From positions 1-27,449 of the IMG/VR virus record IMGVR_UViG_3300020044_004996: 27,449 nucleotides of DNA; one strand, 5' to 3'. Shown piece by piece: positions 9,709-17,655 of the stretch; position 1 is the first letter of the stretch; every line of letters starts with the position of its first letter. The notes below the pieces were generated by a model that was not told the origin of the DNA, did no database searches, and worked only from the letters and a program-made list of their open reading frames with translations. The position numbers and the translations under genes were made by a program. The DNA is from a virus (Duplodnaviria; Caudoviricetes).

Positions 9709-10866
9709 TTAGAAGGCGAAATAAGAATCGTCCGTGTAATATTCCTGCCTAATATGAGTAACTGCATAACGAATAGCATCCATAGCATCGTCAAATAATT
9801 TGATAGGTTCATCCGTGATTATGTCACCTACCTTTTTCCATTTGTAGTTATCGTATTCCTTTTTGATTTCTTTTGAATCCTCACAATATACCCCGAACGT
9901 TTTAATGTTATCAATCCCCTTCTTCACCACCTTGTTTGCGTTTTGTACGTCAAACCCCGCATTATTCATTTCAGCTATTATTTCGGGTCGTGAGTAATCT
10001 GCCAAGATTGTAACGTGTTTTTCTACTCCTAACTGATTCATCTTATCGATTAGATTCGTAGTAGTTAAATAGCTTTCGTAGATTACTTTCTCGATGAAGA
10101 TGTCATTGTCTACCCAATAAACCCGAACCAAAGCAGTAGGGTGATTATACCCGAAGTCTAAGCCGTAAACATAATTAACGAATCTTGCCGGGCGATGGTT
10201 CAAGAAATTCCAATTCGAGTATATGTTAGATTTGCTTATCGCCTTTTCACCTAAAGCGTATATCTGATAAAGCGATTCATCCGTACGTTTTAAATCCTCG
10301 ATTTGTTTCTTAATGCTTTCAGGTAAAAACGGATTGTCACGATAGGTAGATTTAATTAAAGTTGATTCGTCTTTTGGTAGTTCATATAACCAACTTGAAC
10401 TTTCGGAAGGATTATAGTCGAATATCAATTTAAACTCGGTTCGCATATTTAATTGGGTGAAGTCATCGTAATACAATTCATTTGCTTCATTGCACCAAGC
10501 TACATCACGTTTACGCCCTCGTATCTTTTGTTCATCGTCAACCGAAAAGAATTCAACTATCGAACCATTATCAAACGTGTAGATATGTTCTGATTTGTTA
10601 TGGCGTTCCTGTGAATAGATGTTTAGTTCTTTTAAGATTTCGAAGAAGTCACGCATTACCGTGGCACGTAAAGCAGGAAAAGTTTTTCTAATTATCGAAA
10701 CTACCTTGTTCGGATTCTGCAAAGCGTAAACGATTAGAAGTTGACAAAGTGAATAAGTCTTCGATGAACGTGAACCACCCTCGTTAATGACAAAACGCAC
10801 CCCGTTATCCTGAAGTGCGTTAAAGTTCTTTTCGAATATAATTGTACTATTTAACTCCATTTGCAC
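9709..10866 (-). CDS. terL: Terminase large subunit (PBSX-like)
   Basis: Walker A-like GGSRSSKT, Walker B WCNEANE, nuclease GLDFGY and DDAMDAIRY. The start may be the second Met at 10860. Confidence 0.95.
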   Translation of the reverse strand: MQMELNSTIIFEKNFNALQDNGVRFVINEGGSRSSKTYSLCQLLIVYALQNPNKVVSIIRKTFPALRATVMRDFFEILKELNIYSQERHNKSEHIYTFDNGSIVEFFSVDDEQKIRGRKRDVAWCNEANELYYDDFTQLNMRTEFKLIFDYNPSESSSWLYELPKDESTLIKSTYRDNPFLPESIKKQIEDLKRTDESLYQIYALGEKAISKSNIYSNWNFLNHRPARFVNYVYGLDFGYNHPTALVRVYWVDNDIFIEKVIYESYLTTTNLIDKMNQLGVEKHVTILADYSRPEIIAEMNNAGFDVQNANKVVKKGIDNIKTFGVYCEDSKEIKKEYDNYKWKKVGDIITDEPIKLFDDAMDAIRYAVTHIRQEYYTDDSYFAF

Positions 10867-10907
10867 ACTATTTGCATATTTTGGTTATACTTACCCTATA
10901 GATGCAT

Positions 10908-11342
10908 TTACAATTCGTTCGTGTTTGTGTCACTTGGTTTTATAATATTGACCTTTATTTCGTTTATTCCTTTGCCGTCAGTTGTGATGTCAGTCTTTTC
11001 AGTTAGGTTATTTAAACGCTGCGTGATTGAAGGATTGTATTGACCAACCATTCCACCTTCGATTTGGTCGTTTCTAATTGCTTTCTTTATGCGTGAACAG
11101 ATAGTCCCATATTCCGAATATCTACCATCCGTATTATCAAAATAGTGATGACAATCGCTGTAATTTTCTAAGCAGTAAAGTTCAAAGCCTTCCATTGTTA
11201 AAGGTACTCTTAGACTTTCTTTTGCTATCTTACCGCTTTGTAATGCTTTTTCTATTGTTCTTGGGTTCGTGATTATGTATTCTTTGTATTCTTTGAACAT
11301 ATCCCAAAGCTTTTCAGGTGTTTCTATTAGTTTAGGTTTCAT
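10908..11342 (-). CDS. terS: Terminase small subunit (P22 gp3-like DNA packaging protein)
   Basis: ETPEKLWDMFKEY, PLTMEGF and GGMVGQYNPSITQRL motifs; directly upstream of terL. Confidence 0.85.
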   Translation of the reverse strand: MKPKLIETPEKLWDMFKEYKEYIITNPRTIEKALQSGKIAKESLRVPLTMEGFELYCLENYSDCHHYFDNTDGRYSEYGTICSRIKKAIRNDQIEGGMVGQYNPSITQRLNNLTEKTDITTDGKGINEIKVNIIKPSDTNTNEL

Positions 11343-11349
11343 TCGTGTT

Positions 11350-11586
11350 TTAGTTAGGGTTATATTGATAGGTTTTAAAATCTTCTTTTGAGACTGCGTG
11401 CATTTCTAATGAATAAATTTTGTAGTCTATAAAGATACAATAATTGATTTCAGCTACTTTCATAATTAAACGTAGTGCATTCCAATCGCTTTTATGTTTA
11501 GATGGGTTCATAAACACGATATAGTAATCACTTGTTAAATATAGGTTACTCACTTTTTTTTCTTCGTCTTTTAGGTTTTTCAACAT
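11350..11586 (-). CDS. Hypothetical protein
   Basis: Co-oriented ORF; true start probably near 11553, overlapping the upstream stop. Confidence 0.5.
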   Translation of the reverse strand: MLKNLKDEEKKVSNLYLTSDYYIVFMNPSKHKSDWNALRLIMKVAEINYCIFIDYKIYSLEMHAVSKEDFKTYQYNPN

Positions 11587-11791
11587 TTTCCATTTCGGAA
11601 ATAGTTTCTTCTTGTTCTATTCCTGTATAATTGATCGCTTCAGGTTCAAATAAGTAACCTAAACCAATAGATTGATAGTAAGTAAATCGCTTTGTATCTA
11701 TCTTATCTACTTCGATTCGTCTTTCCCCAAGAACTGAATCATATTTTACTATTACCTTACCTTTAAATTCGTCTTTAATTTTCATTTTCAA
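11546..11791 (-). CDS. Hypothetical protein with basic C-terminus
   Basis: 81 aa ORF ending KPKRRRKKSE, overlapping both neighbours. Confidence 0.6.
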   Translation of the reverse strand: MKMKIKDEFKGKVIVKYDSVLGERRIEVDKIDTKRFTYYQSIGLGYLFEPEAINYTGIEQEETISEMENVEKPKRRRKKSE

Positions 11792-12305
11792 GTTTTATTC
11801 GTTTTAAATCTTCTTTTATTTCTCTTATCCAATAGTGAGCGGTTACATACGGAAGGTTGAAGTATTTACCCATCGCCCGTGCTGTAGTATAACCCTTATC
11901 GTAGTAAGCTTCAAATATAATTAACTTAATCCTATCTTCAATCGTGTTTCTATAAATCTCAATACAGGATTTATGAAGTTGATATTTGCGTTCCTGCTCT
12001 ATCTTATATATTAAATCGCTATCGTCATTTGTTTCGTTATTCGTGTATTCCATAGCCGTGACTGATTCGTCTTTATTCGATTGTGAAGTGTTCCACAATA
12101 TTTGTTTTTTGATTGTGTTTAGTAGATAGCTTTTAACTTCGTTTTCCGTGTTTAACTCGGGATTTAGTTCTACTAAATAAAGATATGCGTTATTGATTAC
12201 GACATCGGCAGTTATAGTGCTATTCATTCGCACCAAAAAATAATTAGTGTATTTTCTAATCTCGGAGTAGTTCGTGTTTATGTATGTGTCAAGAATTGTT
12301 TTCAA
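11775..12305 (-). CDS. Sigma-70/ECF-like transcription factor, putative late regulator
   Basis: Region-2-like DVVINNAYLYL...YLLNTIK and a C-terminal HTH (TARAMGKYFNLPYVTAHYWIREIK). Start moved to the in-frame TTG at 12305, which overlaps the upstream gene's end. Confidence 0.6.
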   Translation of the reverse strand: MKTILDTYINTNYSEIRKYTNYFLVRMNSTITADVVINNAYLYLVELNPELNTENEVKSYLLNTIKKQILWNTSQSNKDESVTAMEYTNNETNDDSDLIYKIEQERKYQLHKSCIEIYRNTIEDRIKLIIFEAYYDKGYTTARAMGKYFNLPYVTAHYWIREIKEDLKRIKLENEN

Positions 12306-12492
12306 CCCATTGCATAAAATCCTTAAACCATACCCGCCTTCTAACGTTGGAGCAAAAACACTCTCCATCCTTTTTCCCCGTTTTTAGTTCTTTAATCTTC
12401 TTTAACTTATTCAGACTAACTTTTGAATATTTAATTACGTCCTGCGAAGCGTTTATTTCGTTTATTACTTCAAGTTCAATTTGTTCAAACAT
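12289..12492 (-). CDS. Hypothetical protein (CxC motif)
   Basis: 67 aa ORF containing ECFCSNVRRR; coupled to neighbours. Confidence 0.55.
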   Translation of the reverse strand: MFEQIELEVINEINASQDVIKYSKVSLNKLKKIKELKTGKKDGECFCSNVRRRVWFKDFMQWVENNS

Positions 12493-12719
12493 ATATCAAT
12501 AGTAAAAGCAATTAACGCACCTAAACAAGCTAATTCAAAGCTACCCGTGTAAACCAATGCCGACCAAAAACTCCAACACTTCCAACACCCTAAAGACGAA
12601 TGAATATAGTTAGATAAATGAGTTACAGGAATTTGAGTAAATATAAAATCAAAAAGCAGCTGCAGGGGTTCGAAGTTAACAAACCACCAAGCAACTGCTA
12701 CAATCAGTATTAAATTCAT
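12465..12719 (-). CDS. Small membrane protein with CxxC (DUF1360-like)
   Basis: Hydrophobic segments flanking GCWKCWSFW. Confidence 0.55.
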   Translation of the reverse strand: MNLILIVAVAWWFVNFEPLQLLFDFIFTQIPVTHLSNYIHSSLGCWKCWSFWSALVYTGSFELACLGALIAFTIDICLNKLNLK

Positions 12720-12722
12720 AGC

Positions 12723-13082
12723 CTAATTTTCGGCTAATTTATGCAATTTATTTTTATAGTTCAACAAACGTCCTAAAGCACGGGAACAAGTGTCTAATTT
12801 ATAAACGTATTTTTCGCTCAATTCGTGTAACAAACCTTTCTTACAAGTCATTATCATATCTGAATGTAATCGCATTCGTGTTTGCATCCCTTGTATCATA
12901 TCTTCTATTATTCCCATACGGTCTTCTATTTCGTCTTTATCTAACGCTAATCCTTTACCATCGCACGACATACAAGTAAAATCAACAGGGTTTTGTTCGT
13001 AAGGTATATGCGTATCGTTCAAATCGATTGTTACATAACCATCACCATCGCATTCAGGGCAATTCATAAATAAACTTCTCAT
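12723..13082 (-). CDS. Zinc-finger protein with DnaJ-type CxxCxGxG repeats
   Basis: CPECDGDG and CMSCDGKG. Confidence 0.7.
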   Translation of the reverse strand: MRSLFMNCPECDGDGYVTIDLNDTHIPYEQNPVDFTCMSCDGKGLALDKDEIEDRMGIIEDMIQGMQTRMRLHSDMIMTCKKGLLHELSEKYVYKLDTCSRALGRLLNYKNKLHKLAEN

Positions 13083-13112
13083 AATTTTAAATTTTTAATT
13101 GTTTAACGTGTA

Positions 13113-13120
13113 CAAATATA
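13113..13120 (-). promoter_or_regulatory. Bacteroidota sigma-A -7 box (TATATTTG)
   Basis: Matches TAnnTTTG, 30 nt upstream of the 13082 ATG and just downstream of a terminator. Confidence 0.65.
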
Positions 13121-13141
13121 TTAATTAATATAATACAAAAT

Positions 13142-13170
13142 AAAAAAAAGCGGAATTTTTTACGTTCCGC
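13142..13170 (-). terminator. Intrinsic terminator
   Basis: Minus strand GCGGAA-CGTAAAAAA-TTCCGC followed by T8, just after the HTH gene stop. Confidence 0.75.
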
Positions 13171-13178
13171 CTTAAAAT

Positions 13179-13382
13179 TTACTTGCTGAAGAACTCCCCA
13201 AGTCGTTCTATTGACTTACTCGATAGGTTACTTCCATTTAAAAACTTATGAAGATTAGGTTGTCTTATACCTACTTCTTTTGAAAAAGCGTTTAAGCTGA
13301 TTTCGTGTTTTTGTAGGTAAAAACGAACCATTGACCGAGTAACTTCATTCGCTTCGCTTAAAACCTTTGCTTGCTCTCTCAT
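13179..13382 (-). CDS. XRE/Cro-like HTH regulator
   Basis: SLNAFSKEVGIRQPNLHKFLNG helix-turn-helix. Confidence 0.8.
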   Translation of the reverse strand: MREQAKVLSEANEVTRSMVRFYLQKHEISLNAFSKEVGIRQPNLHKFLNGSNLSSKSIERLGEFFSK

Positions 13383-13624
13383 AAGTTACCTAAAAAATCG
13401 TCAAAACCTTTGTTGTTATAACTTGGTCTTCCTGTTGGCTTTGCTTGTTCCTGAACGGGTTTAAAACTTAAACTTTGAAACTTTCCGTTTTTACCTTCCT
13501 TAATCCAACTGCTAACGTAATAATCAACCCCGTTAATTGTAGCTTTCCCGTTGTAATGGGGATGCGTTTCTTTTTCTCTTTTGTCGTTAGTAAATAACGC
13601 TCCGCTGTTTTCTCTTTTTTCCAT
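13379..13624 (-). CDS. Small putative ssDNA-binding protein (DUF736-like)
   Basis: GALFTNDK...PHYNG...SWIKEGKNGKFQSLS with an acidic/aromatic tail (FDDFL); downstream of recombination genes. Confidence 0.55.
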   Translation of the reverse strand: MEKRENSGALFTNDKREKETHPHYNGKATINGVDYYVSSWIKEGKNGKFQSLSFKPVQEQAKPTGRPSYNNKGFDDFLGNL

Positions 13625-13625
13625 T

Positions 13626-13844
13626 TTAATTTAATTCTAATTTATAATACTCTAATGTTATATCTGCTATTCTTTCCGCATCTTTACGAACTCTCGCTTG
13701 TCTATCTTCGTCATCAAATGGGCTATGCCACCTTTCATCTGAAACAGCATCGTAATTTAAATACGTTATAATTGCTTCAACAACTCTTTCTCTTCTTTCA
13801 TCGTAGTTCATAGGAACTAACAAAACTTTAGCTAAATTTTCCAT
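13626..13844 (-). CDS. Hypothetical protein
   Basis: 72 aa co-oriented ORF, tightly packed. Confidence 0.55.
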   Translation of the reverse strand: MENLAKVLLVPMNYDERRERVVEAIITYLNYDAVSDERWHSPFDDEDRQARVRKDAERIADITLEYYKLELN

Positions 13845-13846
13845 TT

Positions 13847-14047
13847 TTACTTTGTTTTAATATATAACCTTTTAAATCTTTCAACCGAACAGCAGAACTC
13901 CGTTATAGGGTTTGTTTCGTGTTGTCTTATTGTTTCATACCAAACTTTATCTTTTTTAAAGTCTTTGATTTGTACTACTTGCTCTCGGGTCGTGTTTTTG
14001 TAGTAACCCATTACTTTTAAATCTTCATTTTTCATTACCATAACCAT
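13847..14047 (-). CDS. Hypothetical protein
   Basis: 66 aa co-oriented ORF; the start may be a downstream Met. Confidence 0.55.
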   Translation of the reverse strand: MVMVMKNEDLKVMGYYKNTTREQVVQIKDFKKDKVWYETIRQHETNPITEFCCSVERFKRLYIKTK

Positions 14048-14499
14048 TTTAAAAATTTACGAATAACTCCATACTCATTTTGTTGAATAGGTGTTTTTAA
14101 TTGTTTTGCATTATTTACTTTTTCTTTCATCTTATCCTTATAAGGTTTTGTTCGTGTTTTTGGTTTCGGTGGCAGTGGTGTTTGTGGCATATCAAATTTA
14201 ATTTCAGATTGATTATTATTTACTCTATATTTTTTATTTAATTCACTTTTATACGCTCTGTATTTTTGAACTAATTTAATGCTAACTACAATACTTTTGT
14301 TCCATTCAAAAAACCCATGTTGATTCTTATAAACAATATTATGTAATTTTAAAAACGTATTCCAATCATTTGACACATTGTGTTTTCTAAGTAAATCATG
14401 CAAAGATGTAACGCTATTTTTATCTATTCTATCTTTTACTTCATTTAGTAACTTATAATATCTATTAATACTATTTTGTCTTACATATGTTTTTCTCAT
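14035..14499 (-). CDS. Hypothetical basic protein
   Basis: 154 aa, ATGA-coupled to the exonuclease gene. Confidence 0.6.
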   Translation of the reverse strand: MRKTYVRQNSINRYYKLLNEVKDRIDKNSVTSLHDLLRKHNVSNDWNTFLKLHNIVYKNQHGFFEWNKSIVVSIKLVQKYRAYKSELNKKYRVNNNQSEIKFDMPQTPLPPKPKTRTKPYKDKMKEKVNNAKQLKTPIQQNEYGVIRKFLKWLW

Positions 14500-15167
14500 A
14501 ATTCATTTATTAAATTGTTATAATACTCTCTTGCTAATTCTATTCGTTCTTTAATTTGTTCTATTACGCTTTCGTCTTTTGCTATTTTAAAGACCTTCAC
14601 TCGCTTTTCTTTTGGTATATGGTCAAAGTTATGTTTCGACTGGACAAAATCTCTTACATCCAAATTTTCGTCTATTAAACCTTGTTTCCAATGTTCACGC
14701 CTAACTTCGTCTTCTACTATCTGAAAAGGTGTATTAACAAGGCAATAACATAATAATGCTTCGTCTTTACCTGTAAGCCACATATACCCTTGTAGTTGAT
14801 AGTAGTAATCTTTGTTTGGAATTTCATCTTCAAAGAAAGGGAAAGTTGTTGCGTCCCAACTTGTTTTTACATCGAGTAATATCTCATTCGTGTTTACATC
14901 GGGTGTTCCAGTTAAATAATCGTTGGTTAGGTTTTCTTCATTCTTGTAAATAAACCCTAAATTCAAAACATCGTTAACAAGTTCAATAGCTTCGTTTTCG
15001 CATTCGTTACCCTTGTCCGTGTATCTACTCCAAAATTCCTTACGGATTCCGTACGTGTTTTCAATTGCTAATTCCTGTAAGTAAGTTTTGCAAGTCTTTG
15101 ACAATGTTTCTCCTTTTGTCTTGGAGCTTGTCATAATTTTTCCTAATTGTGAAGCTCGGATTCTCAT
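14496..15167 (-). CDS. YqaJ/lambda-exonuclease-like PD-(D/E)xK nuclease
   Basis: IRASQLG, GNECENEA, GTPD, LLDVKTSW and YYYQLQGYMWLTG motifs. Confidence 0.85.
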   Translation of the reverse strand: MRIRASQLGKIMTSSKTKGETLSKTCKTYLQELAIENTYGIRKEFWSRYTDKGNECENEAIELVNDVLNLGFIYKNEENLTNDYLTGTPDVNTNEILLDVKTSWDATTFPFFEDEIPNKDYYYQLQGYMWLTGKDEALLCYCLVNTPFQIVEDEVRREHWKQGLIDENLDVRDFVQSKHNFDHIPKEKRVKVFKIAKDESVIEQIKERIELAREYYNNLINEL

Positions 15168-15727
15168 ACTAACAACAATGATTTCTTTTGTACTTCGTTT
15201 AAATCGAACTTCGCTTGTAGTTCTTCGGCAGTAAATTCTCCTGCTCTAATTGCTTCAATAGCTTTTAAAAAGCGTTCACCCTCAATTTTAGGTTTCTGTT
15301 TGCTTTTTTCTTCTTCTAATCTTTCAGTAAATTTCTTAGGTTCCGTCTTTGTGTTATCCTTTGAATCGGGGTCGCTTTCCGTTTCATCAATTAAGAACAA
15401 ACCATTTAAAGCGTATTTACGGGCGTAACTTGAAGCCGTGCCAGTACATTGTTCGCTTGACATTCCTTTGTGTTCTCCAAGTTCAGCAAAGCCATTTACT
15501 GATAAACAATCGTTATCTAAACTAATTGTTGCACTTGCTTTTAAAAATAGCTTGTTTCCTACTTGAACAATATCGTCGGTAAGCCTTAAAACTGCTCCGT
15601 ATTTTTGTAGCAATGGTTTAACTGATTCCAATATTTGTTCAGCACTTCGATACTTATAGTTTCCGAACTTGTTTAAACTTCCCTTTGGACATTTTAATTC
15701 TGCCTGAATTTTACTAAGTGTTTTCAT
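15164..15727 (-). CDS. ERF-family single-strand annealing protein
   Basis: NKFGNYKYRSAEQILESVKP and QCTGTASSYARKYALNGLFLIDE motifs. Confidence 0.9.
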   Translation of the reverse strand: MKTLSKIQAELKCPKGSLNKFGNYKYRSAEQILESVKPLLQKYGAVLRLTDDIVQVGNKLFLKASATISLDNDCLSVNGFAELGEHKGMSSEQCTGTASSYARKYALNGLFLIDETESDPDSKDNTKTEPKKFTERLEEEKSKQKPKIEGERFLKAIEAIRAGEFTAEELQAKFDLNEVQKKSLLLV

Positions 15728-15748
15728 AATTTGAATTTAATTGTTTGA

Positions 15749-15756
15749 CAAATATA
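15749..15756 (-). promoter_or_regulatory. Bacteroidota -7 box (TATATTTG) for the ERF operon
   Basis: TAnnTTTG followed by the leader TCAAACAATTAAATTCAAATTATG. Confidence 0.7.
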
Positions 15757-15806
15757 ACTATATTTTCTAATATAATACTAAAGAATAAAAAAATATGTAA
15801 ATTAAT

Positions 15807-15857
15807 TTATAACAGTTGCTAAAAGACATTGAAACGTCATTTAGCTTTATGTTAGCG
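15807..15857 (+). repeat. attC-like site 1 (51 bp)
   Basis: TTATAAC-AGTT-GCTAAAAGAC..GTCATTTAGC-TTTAT-GTTAGCG: TAAC/GTTA cores around an inverted repeat. Confidence 0.7.
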
Positions 15858-16073
15858 GTAATTGCCTAACCACTTTTCATAACGATTGTAAAATATCTGC
15901 ATAGCAATTTCAAAACCTATGTATTCTCTAAATGAAACATCTTGCTTGAATTTAGCCAACTCTTCCTTCATTTCTTTATATGTGTTTATTGCTCTCATCT
16001 GATGCAACGAACCGCTAACAACACCCTTAACGCTATTGGCTACTTTCTGCTTAGTTAATAATTTTGTTTTCAT
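15852..16073 (-). CDS. Cassette A hypothetical protein
   Basis: 73 aa; the ATG lies in the loop of attC-like site 2 and the stop is the TAA of the site 1 core. Confidence 0.6.
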   Translation of the reverse strand: MKTKLLTKQKVANSVKGVVSGSLHQMRAINTYKEMKEELAKFKQDVSFREYIGFEIAMQIFYNRYEKWLGNYR

Positions 16074-16139
16074 AATATAATTCTGTTTTAATTGATAATT
16101 TTAGTTTCTAAATCGCCAACAGCGTAAGGCTGCAAAACG
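15852..16139. mobile_element. Integron-like gene cassette A (288 bp)
   Basis: Begins at G|TTAGCGGT (15851-15859); its site 2 starts with the exact complement ACCGCTAAC (16011-16019). Confidence 0.7.
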
Positions 16140-16145
16140 TTATAG
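16013..16145 (+). repeat. attC-like site 2 (133 bp)
   Basis: CGCTAAC-AACAC-CCTTAACGCTATTGGC...GCCAACAGCGTAAGG-CTGCAAAAC-GTTATAG; one unpaired base in the left arm. Confidence 0.8.
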
Positions 16146-16343
16146 GGCATTTAAAGAATCCCATTCCTTGTCAGCTTGTTTCATTGCCTTTTTGAAGTCG
16201 GGCAAAGTTGCTGCCGTAAGTTGATTAGTCTTGTGCCATTCAACTGATTTTTCGCCACGATAAGCGGCTTTTGATAATGCTTTTGCCCTTTTAGCATCTT
16301 CACGTTCTCTTGCTTCGTAATACTTTCTGTCTGATTCTGTCAT
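16140..16343 (-). CDS. Cassette B hypothetical protein (MTESDRKYY..., 67 aa; in-frame upstream ATG at 16430)
   Basis: The stop is the TAA of the site 2 core; the alternative start lies in the loop of site 3. Confidence 0.6.
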   Translation of the reverse strand: MTESDRKYYEAREREDAKRAKALSKAAYRGEKSVEWHKTNQLTAATLPDFKKAMKQADKEWDSLNAL

Positions 16344-16487
16344 TATTTTAAGAATAAACGCCCTATAACATACGCTATACAAAAGCAGGGGCTTTACTGC
16401 TAATACAAGCGGTGTGCATCTATTTATCATTTGTGGTAGGCTGAAAGGGAGTGCATCTTAACCCCTGCCTTCGTATAGCGTCAGCCG
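16140..16487. mobile_element. Integron-like gene cassette B (348 bp)
   Basis: Begins at G|TTATAGGGC (16139-16148); its site 3 starts with the complement GCCCTATAAC (16360-16369). Confidence 0.7.
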
Positions 16488-16493
16488 TTATAA
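16363..16493 (+). repeat. attC-like site 3 (131 bp)
   Basis: CTATAAC-ATA-CGCTATACAAAAGCAGGGG...CCCCTGCCTTCGTATAGCG-TCAGCC-GTTATAA. Confidence 0.8.
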
Positions 16494-16850
16494 AAATTTT
16501 CTTAATCCAGCAGCACAACGTTCAATGCTGTTTGCTCGTTCTTGAAGGCTTTTTATTTGCTCTTTGATAGTTAGCTTACAATCACTTGTAAAATACCCGT
16601 TTGACGTGGCTATTAAAGGAATAATGCCGTTTGTACGTATGTAGTTAACCATTTTACGTAATCTCGGACCATTCATTTTAATTTTATAACCTTTCGTGTT
16701 TAGGTATTCGTTCATTCGGGTTACTATTAACTCCGACTTAATTGGGTTTTCCTTTTTGTAGCTTCGAAATCCGTGAACTACTACGGGTAAAATCTCCATT
16801 TCTTCGCTTGTAAGTTCGTGTGTGAACTCTTCAAAATTAGTTACGCTCAT
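16488..16850 (-). CDS. Hypothetical protein, possible winged-helix DNA-binding protein
   Basis: RLRKMVNYIRTNGIIPLIATSNGYF helix-wing-like segment; the stop coincides with the site 3 GTTA core. Confidence 0.6.
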   Translation of the reverse strand: MSVTNFEEFTHELTSEEMEILPVVVHGFRSYKKENPIKSELIVTRMNEYLNTKGYKIKMNGPRLRKMVNYIRTNGIIPLIATSNGYFTSDCKLTIKEQIKSLQERANSIERCAAGLRKFL

Positions 16851-16859
16851 AATTTAAGT

Positions 16860-17093
16860 TTAAAATCCGTAACGCATTACATCTTCATACTCGGATAAGG
16901 TCATTTGGTCGAAATGGTCTTGTGCTATATCTCCATTAAGTTTAAATCGTGTTTTTCTAATTTCACGTTCTTTAGCTTCAGCGTTTTCAATGTTACGCAT
17001 AATCATTTTTAGCGTGTTTCTTAAATGGTTTTCATCCATTAAATCAATGTCGATTTTTTGACCATTCTTCATAGTCCAGTAATACTTTTTCAT
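16860..17093 (-). CDS. Hypothetical protein
   Basis: 77 aa, WTMKNGQKIDIDLMDENHLRN; first gene after a promoter. Confidence 0.65.
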   Translation of the reverse strand: MKKYYWTMKNGQKIDIDLMDENHLRNTLKMIMRNIENAEAKEREIRKTRFKLNGDIAQDHFDQMTLSEYEDVMRYGF

Positions 17094-17115
17094 AATTTAA
17101 GTTTTAATTGTTTGA

Positions 17116-17123
17116 CAAATATA
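17116..17123 (-). promoter_or_regulatory. Bacteroidota -7 box (TATATTTG)
   Basis: Followed by the leader TCAAACAATTAAAACTTAAATTATG, nearly identical to the ERF leader. Confidence 0.7.
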
Positions 17124-17133
17124 GTTATTCTTT

Positions 17134-17655
17134 TTAATATAGCTCTAATTGTTTAATCTTTAATTTATAGATGTTAATTAATTCTTTGAGTTCGTCTTTT
17201 GTAAACTTCCGTGTTTTATGACCTTCCAGTTCCAAAAGTGTTAATTGTTCTTCTCCTATCTTGTTAATTAATCCTTTGCGATATTCGATTAGATTACCTG
17301 AAAGATAGGTGTTACAATGTTCGCATTGAAGATGTACATTTAATTCATTAAATCGAACGTTCCAATGGTTATTAGCATTGAAGTAATGTCCTGCGTTTTC
17401 TTTTAATGGTTTCTTTTGGCAGCTTATACAAATTTGTCCTTTATCTCGTAATCTGATATATTTATTAAAAATAATTTGAGTAGCTTTAATTAGTTCCTGA
17501 ACAGTCTCTAAATCGTTCTTCATTTTAGCTTTCGTCTTTTTCCAAGTCTTTGCCTTTTCGGATTCTACCCAAACACGGACGCATTCAGGTTCTAAACAAT
17601 ACTTTTGATTGAAGCGGATAGGCTCAAACTTCTCTTTGCAATTACGGCATCTCAT
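17134..17655 (-). CDS. ninG: NinG/Rap-like recombination endonuclease
   Basis: FNKYIRLRD, CISC, AGHY, RFNELNVHLQCEHCN and YRKGLINKIG motifs. Start moved to the ATG at 17655, which is ATGA-coupled to the HNH stop. Confidence 0.85.
   Translation of the reverse strand: MRCRNCKEKFEPIRFNQKYCLEPECVRVWVESEKAKTWKKTKAKMKNDLETVQELIKATQIIFNKYIRLRDKGQICISCQKKPLKENAGHYFNANNHWNVRFNELNVHLQCEHCNTYLSGNLIEYRKGLINKIGEEQLTLLELEGHKTRKFTKDELKELINIYKLKIKQLELY

Noticed and set aside
15852-16487. Both cassette lengths (288 and 348 bp) are multiples of three
   Set aside because: About a 1 in 9 chance event, and stops at each core prevent read-through fusion in the present arrangement.
15806-16494. Reading the hairpins as CRISPR repeats, terminators or MITEs
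   Set aside because: Arms differ between sites, spacing is hundreds of bp, and there are no adjoining U-tracts or target duplications. The cross-site core complementarity fits attC cassettes instead.
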